DNA from: Candidatus Sumerlaeia bacterium
Lineage (GTDB): Bacteria > Sumerlaeota > Sumerlaeia > SLMS01 > JANRJK01
Length of the DNA stretch: 64,000 bases
Direction: 5' to 3'
Assembly: GCA_033764015.1 (NCBI GenBank)
Contig: JANRJK010000023.1
Span: 32,001-96,000 of the forward strand
Part shown: one piece after another, positions 39,876 to 47,995 of the stretch
How positions within the stretch are numbered: position 1 is the stretch's first letter
How the letters are laid out: each line of letters opens with the position of its first letter
The notes under the pieces: model-generated
What the model saw: only the letters and a program-made list of their open reading frames with translations
The model's database searches: none
Told to the model about the DNA's origin: nothing
Made by a program: the position numbers and the translations under genes

Positions 39876-41729
39876 TCAGCCCGCCGGCGGGGCCGCGGCC
39901 TGCTGCAGCTTCTTGTCCTCCGGCACGGCCACCTTCACGCCGACCGCGCGGAGCGCCTTCTCGTCCACCGTCGACGGCGCGTCGGTCAGCGGGCACCAGC
40001 CCGACTGCGTCTTGGGGAACGCGATGACGTCGCGGATCGAGTCCGTCCCGGTGAGCAGCATCACCAGTCGGTCGACGCCGAAGGCGATGCCGCCGTGCGG
40101 GGGCGGGCCGTACTGGAGCGCTTCCAGGAGGAAGCCGAACTTGCCTTCCGCCTGCTCGCGCGACAGGCCGATGAGCGAGAACACCTTGCTCTGCATCTCC
40201 TCGCGGTGGATGCGGATCGAGCCGCTGGCCACCTCGGCGCCGTTGATCACCATGTCGTAGGCCACCGCGCGCACCGCGCCGGGGTCCGTGTCCATCAGGT
40301 GGCGGTCCTCCGGGTGCGGCGACGTGAACGGGTGGTGCATCGCGTCCCAGCGCTCGTCCTCCGCGTTCCATTCCAGCAGCGGGAAGTCGATCACGTAGAA
40401 GATCGACCACTTGGACTTGTCGATGAGGTCGAAGCGGTTGGCGATGAGGAGGCGTAGCGAGCCGGCCATGGCGAGCGCCTTGGCGCGCTTCGGGTCGGCG
40501 ATCATGAAGATCATGTCGCCGGCCTTGGCGCCCGAGCGGGCCACGATGTCGCGGCGCGCCTCCTCGGGGAAGAACTTCGCGATCGTCGAATCGACGTCGC
40601 CGTCCTCGCGCACGCGCATCCAGGCGAGGCCCTTCGCGCCGGTCTCGCGTTGCACCAGCATCTGGAACTCGCCGCCGGGCTTCACCTCGGTGTTCGAGTA
40701 CTTCTCGCTGCCGCCTTCGTGGACGATGGCGACGATCGCGCCGCCGGCGTCGACGATCTCCTGGAAGACCTTGAATTCGGTCCGTCCGCGCACCGCGTCG
40801 GTGACGTCCTTCAGCTCCATTGCGAAGCGCATGTCCGGCTTGTCGGAGCCGAAGCGCTCCATCACCTCGCGGTACGTGAGGCGCGGCACGGGCAGCGGCA
40901 CCTGGTAGCCGATCGTGTCGCGGTAGATCGCCTCGATCAGCAGCTCCATCTCCGCGAGCACGTCGTCCTGCGTGACGAAGCTCAGCTCCATGTCGATCTG
41001 GGTGAACTCCGGCTGGCGGTTCGAGCGGAAGTCCTCGTCGCGGTAGCAGCGCGCGATCTGGAAGTAGCGGTCGAAACCCGAGACCATGAGGAGCTGCTTG
41101 AAGAGCTGCGGGCTCTGGGGGAGCGCGTAGAAGCTGCCCGGCTGCAGGCGCGAGGGGACGAGGAAGTCGCGGGCGCCCTCCGGCGTGCTCTTCGTCAGCG
41201 TCGGCGTCTCGAACTCCATGAAGCCGCGGTTCGACAGGTGGCGGCGCACCGCCTGGTAGAAGTTGTGGCGCAGCGTGAAGATGCGCTGCATCTCGGGGCG
41301 GCGCAGGTCGAGGTAGCGGTGCTTCAGGCGCTGCTCCTCGTTGGCGTGCCCGTGCTCGTCCACGCGGAACGGGAGCGGCTTCGACTTCGACAGGATGAAG
41401 AGCCCGCGCACGGCGAGTTCCGTGGCGCCCGTCGCGAGCCGGTCGTTCGCCATGCCCTCGGGGCGGGGCTCGACCTCGCCCTGGACCGCGATGACGAACT
41501 CGTCGCGGATGTGGTACGCCTCGCGGGCGTCCGCCTCGGGCCAGCCCTTGGGGTTGATGCGGACCTGCATGACGCCGGCGCGGTCGCGGAGGTCGATGAA
41601 GAGCACGCCGCCGTGGTCGCGGATGCTCTGCACCCAGCCCTTGAGCGTGATGGTCCGGCCGACGTGCGCGGGGCGCACCTCGCCGCAGCGGCAGGTGCGT
41701 GGGGCGAATTCGAGTTGCGGGTCGATCAT
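39876..41729 (-). CDS. aspS: Aspartate--tRNA ligase
   Basis: [66 protein letters not shown]. Confidence 0.98.
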   Translation of the reverse strand: MIDPQLEFAPRTCRCGEVRPAHVGRTITLKGWVQSIRDHGGVLFIDLRDRAGVMQVRINPKGWPEADAREAYHIRDEFVIAVQGEVEPRPEGMANDRLATGATELAVRGLFILSKSKPLPFRVDEHGHANEEQRLKHRYLDLRRPEMQRIFTLRHNFYQAVRRHLSNRGFMEFETPTLTKSTPEGARDFLVPSRLQPGSFYALPQSPQLFKQLLMVSGFDRYFQIARCYRDEDFRSNRQPEFTQIDMELSFVTQDDVLAEMELLIEAIYRDTIGYQVPLPVPRLTYREVMERFGSDKPDMRFAMELKDVTDAVRGRTEFKVFQEIVDAGGAIVAIVHEGGSEKYSNTEVKPGGEFQMLVQRETGAKGLAWMRVREDGDVDSTIAKFFPEEARRDIVARSGAKAGDMIFMIADPKRAKALAMAGSLRLLIANRFDLIDKSKWSIFYVIDFPLLEWNAEDERWDAMHHPFTSPHPEDRHLMDTDPGAVRAVAYDMVINGAEVASGSIRIHREEMQSKVFSLIGLSREQAEGKFGFLLEALQYGPPPHGGIAFGVDRLVMLLTGTDSIRDVIAFPKTQSGWCPLTDAPSTVDEKALRAVGVKVAVPEDKKLQQAAAPPAG

Positions 41730-41862
41730 GGCGGGAGGCGCTTCCTTGGGCCCGGCGGGCGGATGCGTGGGGCCGCGCGGGGACCGATATGGTGCGCTTC
41801 CGCCCGCGCCGGGTGGCAAGGGCGGAAGCGCACGGGCGCCGCGCGCGGACCTCCGAATTCCG

Positions 41863-41893
41863 TTGACGCGCCCCCGGCGCCCCGGCGTTCAAT
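41863..41893 (+). promoter_or_regulatory. Possible sigma70 promoter of tRNA-Pro
   Basis: TTGACG at 41863 and TTCAAT at 41888 (19-bp spacer, non-optimal). Confidence 0.3.
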
Positions 41894-41906
41894 CGCGGCT
41901 TGCCTG

Positions 41907-41983
41907 CGGGGTGTAGCGCAGATGGCTAGCGCGCCTGCTTCGGGAGCAGGAGGTCGCCGGTTCGAGCCCGGCCACCCCGACCA
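41907..41983 (+). tRNA. tRNA-Pro (anticodon CGG)
   Basis: CGGGGTG acceptor stem, anticodon arm CCTGC-TTCGGGA-GCAGG, GGTTCGAGCCC T-arm, encoded CCA. Confidence 0.97.
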
Positions 41984-42014
41984 TCACTTTCCCGACCCTT
42001 ACAACGGGCGCCCC
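41982..42014 (+). repeat. 33-bp direct repeat, copy 1 (tRNA 3' end/trailer)
   Basis: CATCACTTTCCCGACCCTTACAACGGGCGCCCC; one mismatch to 42623-42655. Confidence 0.9.
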
Positions 42015-42042
42015 GGACTTCGGTCCGGGGCGCTCTCGTTTT
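42008..42042 (+). terminator. Intrinsic terminator after tRNA-Pro
   Basis: GCGCCCCGGAC-TTCG-GTCCGGGGCGC then TCTCGTTTT. Confidence 0.85.
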
Positions 42043-42401
42043 CCGCACGCGCCCCACCAACCACGACCCCGACCTTCGCGCCGACCAAAAGGGGCTCACA
42101 TTTTCTTACAGGGGGGCGGTGGGAATGCGCGCCAAGGCCCTCGGTAAAAATCTTCACTGCCCCTGAAATCAACGATCTGTAGGCCTTGTAGGGGCTTCCA
42201 GCGCCAGAAGTCTTTTTAATGGACGTAACCATCGTGGAGCTGCATAAACGTGGGCGACGCGGCAACGTGCGAAGTTGCCGCGTCGGGTCATGAAATCGGG
42301 CGTACCCGAGTTAAGACAACGCGAGAGTACGCCGCACCGCCGCGACGGTCAAGGATCACAAACCTCGATCACCTCGATGAAGGAGAAAGGAGGTAGACGA
42401 C

Positions 42402-42566
42402 ATGGGTACCAAAGTGCTGGGCGGGAGCCGGATCGAAGGGCTCGATTTTTTCGAGTTCGTGATCCTGGTGCAGACGCTCGTAGGGATGATAGGTCACGGG
42501 AACGTAACTTGGGAACATCTGTTCTTGCTCTTGATCCTAGCCGACAGGCTGAAGCTTCGCTTCTAA
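42402..42566 (+). CDS. Small hydrophobic protein, 54 aa (not in ORF track)
   Basis: Strong SD AAAGGAGGT 7 nt before ATG; MGTKVLGGSRIEGLDFFEFVILVQTLVGMIGHGNVTWEHLFLLLILADRLKLRF*; GC hairpin at 42598-42622. Confidence 0.7.
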   Translation: MGTKVLGGSRIEGLDFFEFVILVQTLVGMIGHGNVTWEHLFLLLILADRLKLRF

Positions 42567-42622
42567 CTGGGATCAAGAATCCACAACAGACCGATGACCC
42601 CCGCGCCGACGGGCGCGGGGGG

Positions 42623-42655
42623 CATCACTTTCCCGAGCCTTACAACGGGCGCCCC
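42623..42655 (+). repeat. 33-bp direct repeat, copy 2
   Basis: CATCACTTTCCCGAGCCTTACAACGGGCGCCCC. Confidence 0.9.
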
Positions 42656-42677
42656 TCCCGGGGGCGCCCGTTCCGTT

Positions 42678-43073
42678 TCACGGCGCCTGCACCCGCGTCA
42701 GCCGCCCCCCTTCGAAGAACAGGTACGTGTCCGGCAGCTCGCCGCCCGTCGAGGCGTAGGCGTACACGAACGGGCGCTGGTCGCCGAAGCGGCGCTCGTA
42801 GTCGCGCCGCGCGGACTCGCAGCCGAAGCTGATCTTCACCGGCACGACATCGAGCGGCGAACCGACGGCGGCGACCACCTCGGGCGCGGTCATGCCCTCG
42901 CGCAGCTCCCCCCGCAGCGGCGAAGCCAGCTCCGAACCCCAGCGCCCGCCCTCGTGCGACGGCTTCGGCGGCCCCACCAGGAAGAAATGCGCGGCCATGG
43001 CGGCGACGCCGAGGGCGCTCGCGGCGAGGATCGCGTGGGAGAGTTCGATGGCGGCGCGGCGGTTGCGGTGCAC
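42678..43073 (-). CDS. Hypothetical membrane-anchored protein, SmpA/BamE-like fold
   Basis: N-terminal hydrophobic stretch; LREGMT..EV...VGSP...Y.Y...YLFFEGGRL pattern. Confidence 0.55.
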   Translation of the reverse strand: MHRNRRAAIELSHAILAASALGVAAMAAHFFLVGPPKPSHEGGRWGSELASPLRGELREGMTAPEVVAAVGSPLDVVPVKISFGCESARRDYERRFGDQRPFVYAYASTGGELPDTYLFFEGGRLTRVQAP

Positions 43074-43220
43074 GGCGGCGTTCCTTGGATAGGGCTGCTG
43101 GACCTACCACGGCGGGCGCCGCGCATTCAATGGCCAAGGCGCCCGCGCCCCCGACACCGCTTGACCATGCGCGCGGCGGCGCCGTGCGATGGGTCCTTCC
43201 GAGAACGCCGCGAGGCCGCG

Positions 43221-44165
43221 ATGGAACTGCCCGTCAGCAAGCTGCTCCTCGACCAGGGGGAGGAACTCGACCTGGAAGTGCTCGCCGGCGAGGCGGGCCT
43301 CGAGCGCATGCTGACCAACAAGGACTGGAACCGCCCGGGCCTGGCGCTCGCCGGGTACCTCGAGGTCTTCGCGCACGACCGGGTGCAGGTCTTCGGCAAC
43401 ACCGAGACGAGCTACCTGCACCAGCTCGCGCCGGACGACCGGGCGCGGCGGCTCCGGGCGATCTTCGAATTCCCCATCCCCTGCATCCTGGTCACCAACG
43501 GCAACGAGGCGCCGGAGGAGCTGCTGCGCCTCGCGGACGACTACCGCGTGCCGGTGCTCCGCTCGACCGTTCCGACGGCGCTCCTCTCCAGCATGATGGG
43601 GCTGTACCTCGAACGCGAGTTCGCCCCCACCACCTCGGTCCACGCCGTCTTCGTCGACGTCTTCGGCCTCGGCGTCCTCATCCAGGGCGACAGCGGCATC
43701 GGCAAGAGCGAGATCGCGCTGGAGCTCATCGAGCGCGGCCACCGCCTGATCGCCGACGACGCGGTGATCCTGCGCAAGCTCGGGAAGAACTACCTGGTCG
43801 GCAAGGCGCTCAACGACCTGCAGCACTACATGGAGCTGCGCGGCCTCGGCTTCGTCGACATCGAGCAGCTCTTCGGCTTCGGCTCCGTGCGCGAGGAGAT
43901 GCACGTCTCGCTCGTGGTGAAGCTGGTGCGGCGCAAGGACGGCGAGGACCTCGAGCGCTTCAGCGAGATCCAGCGCGAGGCGGACTTCCTCGGCGTCAAG
44001 GTGCACGAGTACCTGATCCCCGTCGAGCCGGGGCGCGCGACGTCGATCATCGTCGAGGTGGCCGCGCTGCAGCACCGCATCCTGAGCACCGGGCGCGATC
44101 CGCAGCGCGAGCTGAACGAGCAGCTCATCCGGCAGATGACGCGGGCCTCGATCCCCAAGCGATGA
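43221..44165 (+). CDS. hprK: HPr(Ser) kinase/phosphorylase
   Basis: RPGLALAGY, GVLIQGDSGIGKSEIALELIERGHRLIADD, MELRGLG, IPVEPGR. Confidence 0.97.
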   Translation: MELPVSKLLLDQGEELDLEVLAGEAGLERMLTNKDWNRPGLALAGYLEVFAHDRVQVFGNTETSYLHQLAPDDRARRLRAIFEFPIPCILVTNGNEAPEELLRLADDYRVPVLRSTVPTALLSSMMGLYLEREFAPTTSVHAVFVDVFGLGVLIQGDSGIGKSEIALELIERGHRLIADDAVILRKLGKNYLVGKALNDLQHYMELRGLGFVDIEQLFGFGSVREEMHVSLVVKLVRRKDGEDLERFSEIQREADFLGVKVHEYLIPVEPGRATSIIVEVAALQHRILSTGRDPQRELNEQLIRQMTRASIPKR

Positions 44166-46219
44166 CGCCCCCGCAGGAGGAGGGCGCGGCGCCCCGCGCC
44201 GCGTCCGCCGCAGTACCCCTCCTCGCCGCCGCCGCGGCGCTGCTCTGGTTCGCGGCGTCCTGGCCCTTCGAGATCACCACCTGGGACGACCGCCGCTACA
44301 TCGCGGAGAACCCCTGGATCCGCCAGCTCTCCCCTTCGCGCGCGCTCGAGCTCTTCCGGACCTACTACTTCCTGAACTACCACCCGCTCGCGATGCTCAG
44401 CTACGCGCTGGACTACTGGGCGGCGGGGCTGCGGCCCTGGGCGTACCACCTGCAGAGCGCGGCGTGGCACGCGGGCGCGGTGGCGGCGCTGGGCTTCGCG
44501 CTGCGGCGCCTCGGCGCGCCGGCGGCGGCGCTAGCGCTGCTGCTGCTTTGGTGGGGGCTGCACCCGCTGCGCGTGGAAAGCGTCGTGTGGCTCAGCGGGC
44601 GCAAGGACGTCCTCTGCGCGTGCTTCTTCCTCGCGGCGTTCGCGGCGCGGCTGCGCGCGGCGGACGCGCCGGAGCGCTACCTGCGCAGCGTCTTCCCGCT
44701 CGAGCTGGCGCTGCTGCTGCTCGCGCTCTTCTCGAAGAGCATGGCGGTCACCTACGGCGCCGTGGTGCTGCTGTGGGACGCGCTGACCGCGCCGGGCGAG
44801 CTGCGCCGCCGCGCGCCCGCCTACGCGGCGTTCCTCGCGCTCGGCGCGCTGTTCTCGTGGCTCAACATCCTGGCGCAGGCGGACACCATCGCGCCGGTCG
44901 CGCGCATCGGCTGGGGCGAGCGCATCCTGTCCGCGCTCTACTCGCCGTGGTACTACGCCTCGCGGACGCTGGTGCCATGGGGCCTGTCGCCGCTGCACGC
45001 GCGCGGCTACGCGCCCGAGTGGGGCTCCCTCCGCGCGCTGCTGGCCGTGGCGGGGACGCTCGCGCTGCTGGCGCTGGGCGCGTCGCAGTGGCGCCGCCGG
45101 CCCGAGGTGGCCGCGGGCGTCGGCTGGTACTTCCTGGCGCTCGCGCCCGTCTCCGGCATCATCCCGGTGGGCGGCGCCTTCGTCGCCGACCGCTACTCGT
45201 ACATCCCGACCGCGGGGCTGGCGCTGGCGCTGGCGGCGTTCGCGCGGGAGCTGCGCCCCGGGGCGCGCGCCGCGCTCCTGGCGGCGCTCCTGGCGCCGAG
45301 CCTCGCGCTCCACTCCATGGGCTACATGGCGGCGTTCCGGGACACGCGCGCGCTTTGGGAGCGCACCCTCGCGGTCTATCCCGGCTTCGCCACCGCGCGC
45401 ATCAACCTGCAGCGCCTCGACCCGTCGCGGACCGATCTCGGCGTGGACACCGCGGCGCTGGCGGCGGCGGCCTCCGGCGACACCTCGGGCGTCGCGGACG
45501 AGGCGCTCGCGGAGGCGCTGCTCGCGCGCGGCGAGCGGTCCCGCGCGGTCGCGCTCCTCGAGCGGTCGCCGAACCGCGAGCCCGCGCTCGCCCGGCTGAT
45601 GCAGCTCCGCGCCGAGGACGACATCGTGGTCGCGGCGCAGCACGCCTGGGAGTTGCTGGCGCTTCCCGGCGCGTCCTCGGAGCGGCGGGCCGTGGCGGCG
45701 AACATCCTGCTCCGCGCGGGCGACTGGGACGGCGCGCTGCGCGCGGTCGAGGAGACGCGCGAGCCGTCGCTGGCGCTCGCCAACGTGACGGGTCAGATCG
45801 CGAACATCCTCCTCTCGCGCGGCGAGGCGGAGGCGGCCCGCCCTTGGATCGCCCGCGGGCGCGCCATCGACCCGGCGAACGCGGAGCTGGTCCGCGCGCT
45901 CGGCGTGCTGCACAGCGCCACCGGCGACTTCGCCGCCGGCGTGGCGTCGCACCGCGCGCTGCTGCGGCGGCGCGACCTCGCGCCGGAGGTCCGCGCGCAG
46001 GCGCTCGGGATGCTCGCGTTCCTCCACGAGGCGTCCGGCGGCGTTCCCGCGGCGCTCGAGGCGTACCGCGAGGCGGTGGCCTCCGGCAGCCGCAACCCGG
46101 CGGTGCTTGGGAACTACGCGGCGCTGCTGGAGGCGTCGGGGCGGCGCGCGGAGGCCGCGGCGCTCGCGGCCCGCGCCGCGCGGCTCGAGGAGCTCACCGC
46201 CGCCGCGCCACCACGGTGA
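44162..46219 (+). CDS. TMTC-like GT-C membrane glycosyltransferase with C-terminal TPRs
   Basis: WDD..YIAENP, YHPL..LSYALDY, LHPLRVESVVWLSGRKDVL, ALFSKSMA, ADRYSYIP; TPR-like tail. Confidence 0.88.
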   Translation: MTPPQEEGAAPRAASAAVPLLAAAAALLWFAASWPFEITTWDDRRYIAENPWIRQLSPSRALELFRTYYFLNYHPLAMLSYALDYWAAGLRPWAYHLQSAAWHAGAVAALGFALRRLGAPAAALALLLLWWGLHPLRVESVVWLSGRKDVLCACFFLAAFAARLRAADAPERYLRSVFPLELALLLLALFSKSMAVTYGAVVLLWDALTAPGELRRRAPAYAAFLALGALFSWLNILAQADTIAPVARIGWGERILSALYSPWYYASRTLVPWGLSPLHARGYAPEWGSLRALLAVAGTLALLALGASQWRRRPEVAAGVGWYFLALAPVSGIIPVGGAFVADRYSYIPTAGLALALAAFARELRPGARAALLAALLAPSLALHSMGYMAAFRDTRALWERTLAVYPGFATARINLQRLDPSRTDLGVDTAALAAAASGDTSGVADEALAEALLARGERSRAVALLERSPNREPALARLMQLRAEDDIVVAAQHAWELLALPGASSERRAVAANILLRAGDWDGALRAVEETREPSLALANVTGQIANILLSRGEAEAARPWIARGRAIDPANAELVRALGVLHSATGDFAAGVASHRALLRRRDLAPEVRAQALGMLAFLHEASGGVPAALEAYREAVASGSRNPAVLGNYAALLEASGRRAEAAALAARAARLEELTAAAPPR

Positions 46220-47138
46220 TCGCGCCGCCGGCGCCGGCGAGCGATTCGAGCACGCTGAGCGGGAACGCCAGCGCGCCCGCCGCCACCGCCGCCAGCGCGT
46301 GCCCCGGCGTCAGCCAGGACCACGGGCGCTGCCGCTTCAGCACCTCGTAAAGCCCGTCCTGCGGGAAGCCCCACTGGTTCAGCAGGCTCTGCAGCCAGCC
46401 GTAGGGGTTCTGCTCGAAGGACCAGTGGTCGACGGCCACCGTGTCGAAGCCCTCGTCGCGGAGCGCGCGGCGCAGCGTGGCGGCGCTCCAATGCCACAGG
46501 TGCCGCGGCGGGTCGCGGTGGAACCAGTGCCGCCCGGTGGCGCGCGCCTGCCAGCTCCCCGCGTTGGGCAGCGACAGGAAGAGCAGGCCGCCCGGGCGGA
46601 CGACGCGGCGCAGCTCGCGCAGCGTGGCGCCCGCATCGGGGACGTGTTCGAAGACGTGCCACAGCGTGGCGGCGTCGTAGGACTCCTCCGGCAGGTTGAG
46701 CGAGAGCAGGTCGCCGACGTGCACCGTGAGGTCGCCCTTCGGCGCGGCGCGGCGGGCGGATTCCGCGGTGAGCTCCGTGCCTTCCACCTCGAAGCCTGCG
46801 CGCCGCGCGTCGCGCAGGAAGCCGCCATTGCCGCAGCCCACATCGAGCAGCCGCGGCCGCCGCGCGCGCCGTGGAAGGTGCCGGCGCACGAGCCGCGCGC
46901 GCCCGCCCTGGAACCAGCGCACCGCCGCCGCCATCGGCCCGACGAACTTCTTCGCGCCGTCGCCGTAGTAGTCGGTCGCGTAGGCCCGGGCCAGCGTCGC
47001 GCCGTCCGGCGGAGGATCGAGCCGTTCGAGCCCGCAGCGGACGCAGCGGACCACGGTGAACCGGCCCGGGAGGCCGTCGCGGCGGAGGTCGAAGAGCTTG
47101 CGCGCGCGCGACTCGCCGCAGCGGCAGGGGACGCTCAC
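46194..47138 (-). CDS. Class I SAM-dependent methyltransferase with N-terminal Zn-ribbon-like Cys pairs
   Basis: C.C...CVRCG, LLDVGCGNG, WHVFEH, PPRHL; GTG start overlapping the GT2 stop. Confidence 0.88.
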   Translation of the reverse strand: MSVPCRCGESRARKLFDLRRDGLPGRFTVVRCVRCGLERLDPPPDGATLARAYATDYYGDGAKKFVGPMAAAVRWFQGGRARLVRRHLPRRARRPRLLDVGCGNGGFLRDARRAGFEVEGTELTAESARRAAPKGDLTVHVGDLLSLNLPEESYDAATLWHVFEHVPDAGATLRELRRVVRPGGLLFLSLPNAGSWQARATGRHWFHRDPPRHLWHWSAATLRRALRDEGFDTVAVDHWSFEQNPYGWLQSLLNQWGFPQDGLYEVLKRQRPWSWLTPGHALAAVAAGALAFPLSVLESLAGAGGAITVVARRR

Positions 47139-47923
47139 CGGGAGCGGCGCCGGCGCCGGGGGCCGCGGCGCTCCGCGGGCACGCGCCTCGGGAAGAGCGG
47201 CGCGTGGTACAGGCCCTTGCGCGCGAGGAAGCACTGGCCGCTGACCGCCAGCACGCCGAGCCCGTACACGCAGGAGCGGCGGAAGTTGATGCTCGACGCC
47301 TCCGCGAAGTACCGCGTTGGGCAGCTCATCTCGCCCAGGCGGAAGCCGTAGTAGATCGCCTGCGCCAGCATCTGGTTGTCGAAGATGAAGTCGTCGTCGT
47401 AGCGCTCGATCTCGAGCTTCTCGAGCACCTCGCGGGAGAAGGCCCGGTAGCCGGTGTGGTACTCGGAGAGCTTCTCGCCCGTCAGGAGGTTCTCGGCGAG
47501 CGTGAGGAAGCGGTTGGCGACGAACTTGTACGCCGGCATGCCGCCTTCCAGCGCCCCGGTGCCGAGGATGCGCGAGCCCAGCACGACGTCGTAGTGGCCG
47601 CTCGCCACCATGCCGGCCATGGCGGGGATCAGGCGCGGGGAGTACTGGTAGTCCGGGTGGACCATGACGACGATGTCGGCCCCGCGGCGCAGCGCCTCGG
47701 CGTAGCACGTCTTCTGGTTGCCGCCGTAGCCCTTGTTCCTGCGATGGACGATCGTGGGGATGCCGAGGCGGCGGGCGAGGTCGACCGTTTCGTCGCGGCT
47801 CGCGTCGTCCACCAGGATCATGTCGTCCACAATGGCGCGGTCCACCTCGCGGTGGGTGGTTTCCAGGGTCTTCGCCGCGTTGTAGGCGGGGAACACCACG
47901 ACGATTTTCTTGCCGTTCAGCAT
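47135..47923 (-). CDS. Glycosyltransferase family 2 (polyprenyl-phosphate sugar synthase-like)
   Basis: PAYNA, LVDDAS.D.T, NKGYGGNQK, MVHPDYQY, VLGSR, EYHTGYRAF. Confidence 0.93.
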   Translation of the reverse strand: MLNGKKIVVVFPAYNAAKTLETTHREVDRAIVDDMILVDDASRDETVDLARRLGIPTIVHRRNKGYGGNQKTCYAEALRRGADIVVMVHPDYQYSPRLIPAMAGMVASGHYDVVLGSRILGTGALEGGMPAYKFVANRFLTLAENLLTGEKLSEYHTGYRAFSREVLEKLEIERYDDDFIFDNQMLAQAIYYGFRLGEMSCPTRYFAEASSINFRRSCVYGLGVLAVSGQCFLARKGLYHAPLFPRRVPAERRGPRRRRRSR

Positions 47924-47995
47924 CGCCTTGAGTCTGCCGTTGGATTCGAAGCAAGGTGACCGTGTGATCGACCCGGCCCGCAACGGTAACCGCGC

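Noticed and set aside
42275..42832. 185-aa track ORF across the tRNA-adjacent insert
   Set aside because: Arg/Pro-rich, spans hairpins and the repeat boundary; the 54-aa ORF with a strong SD in another frame is more plausible
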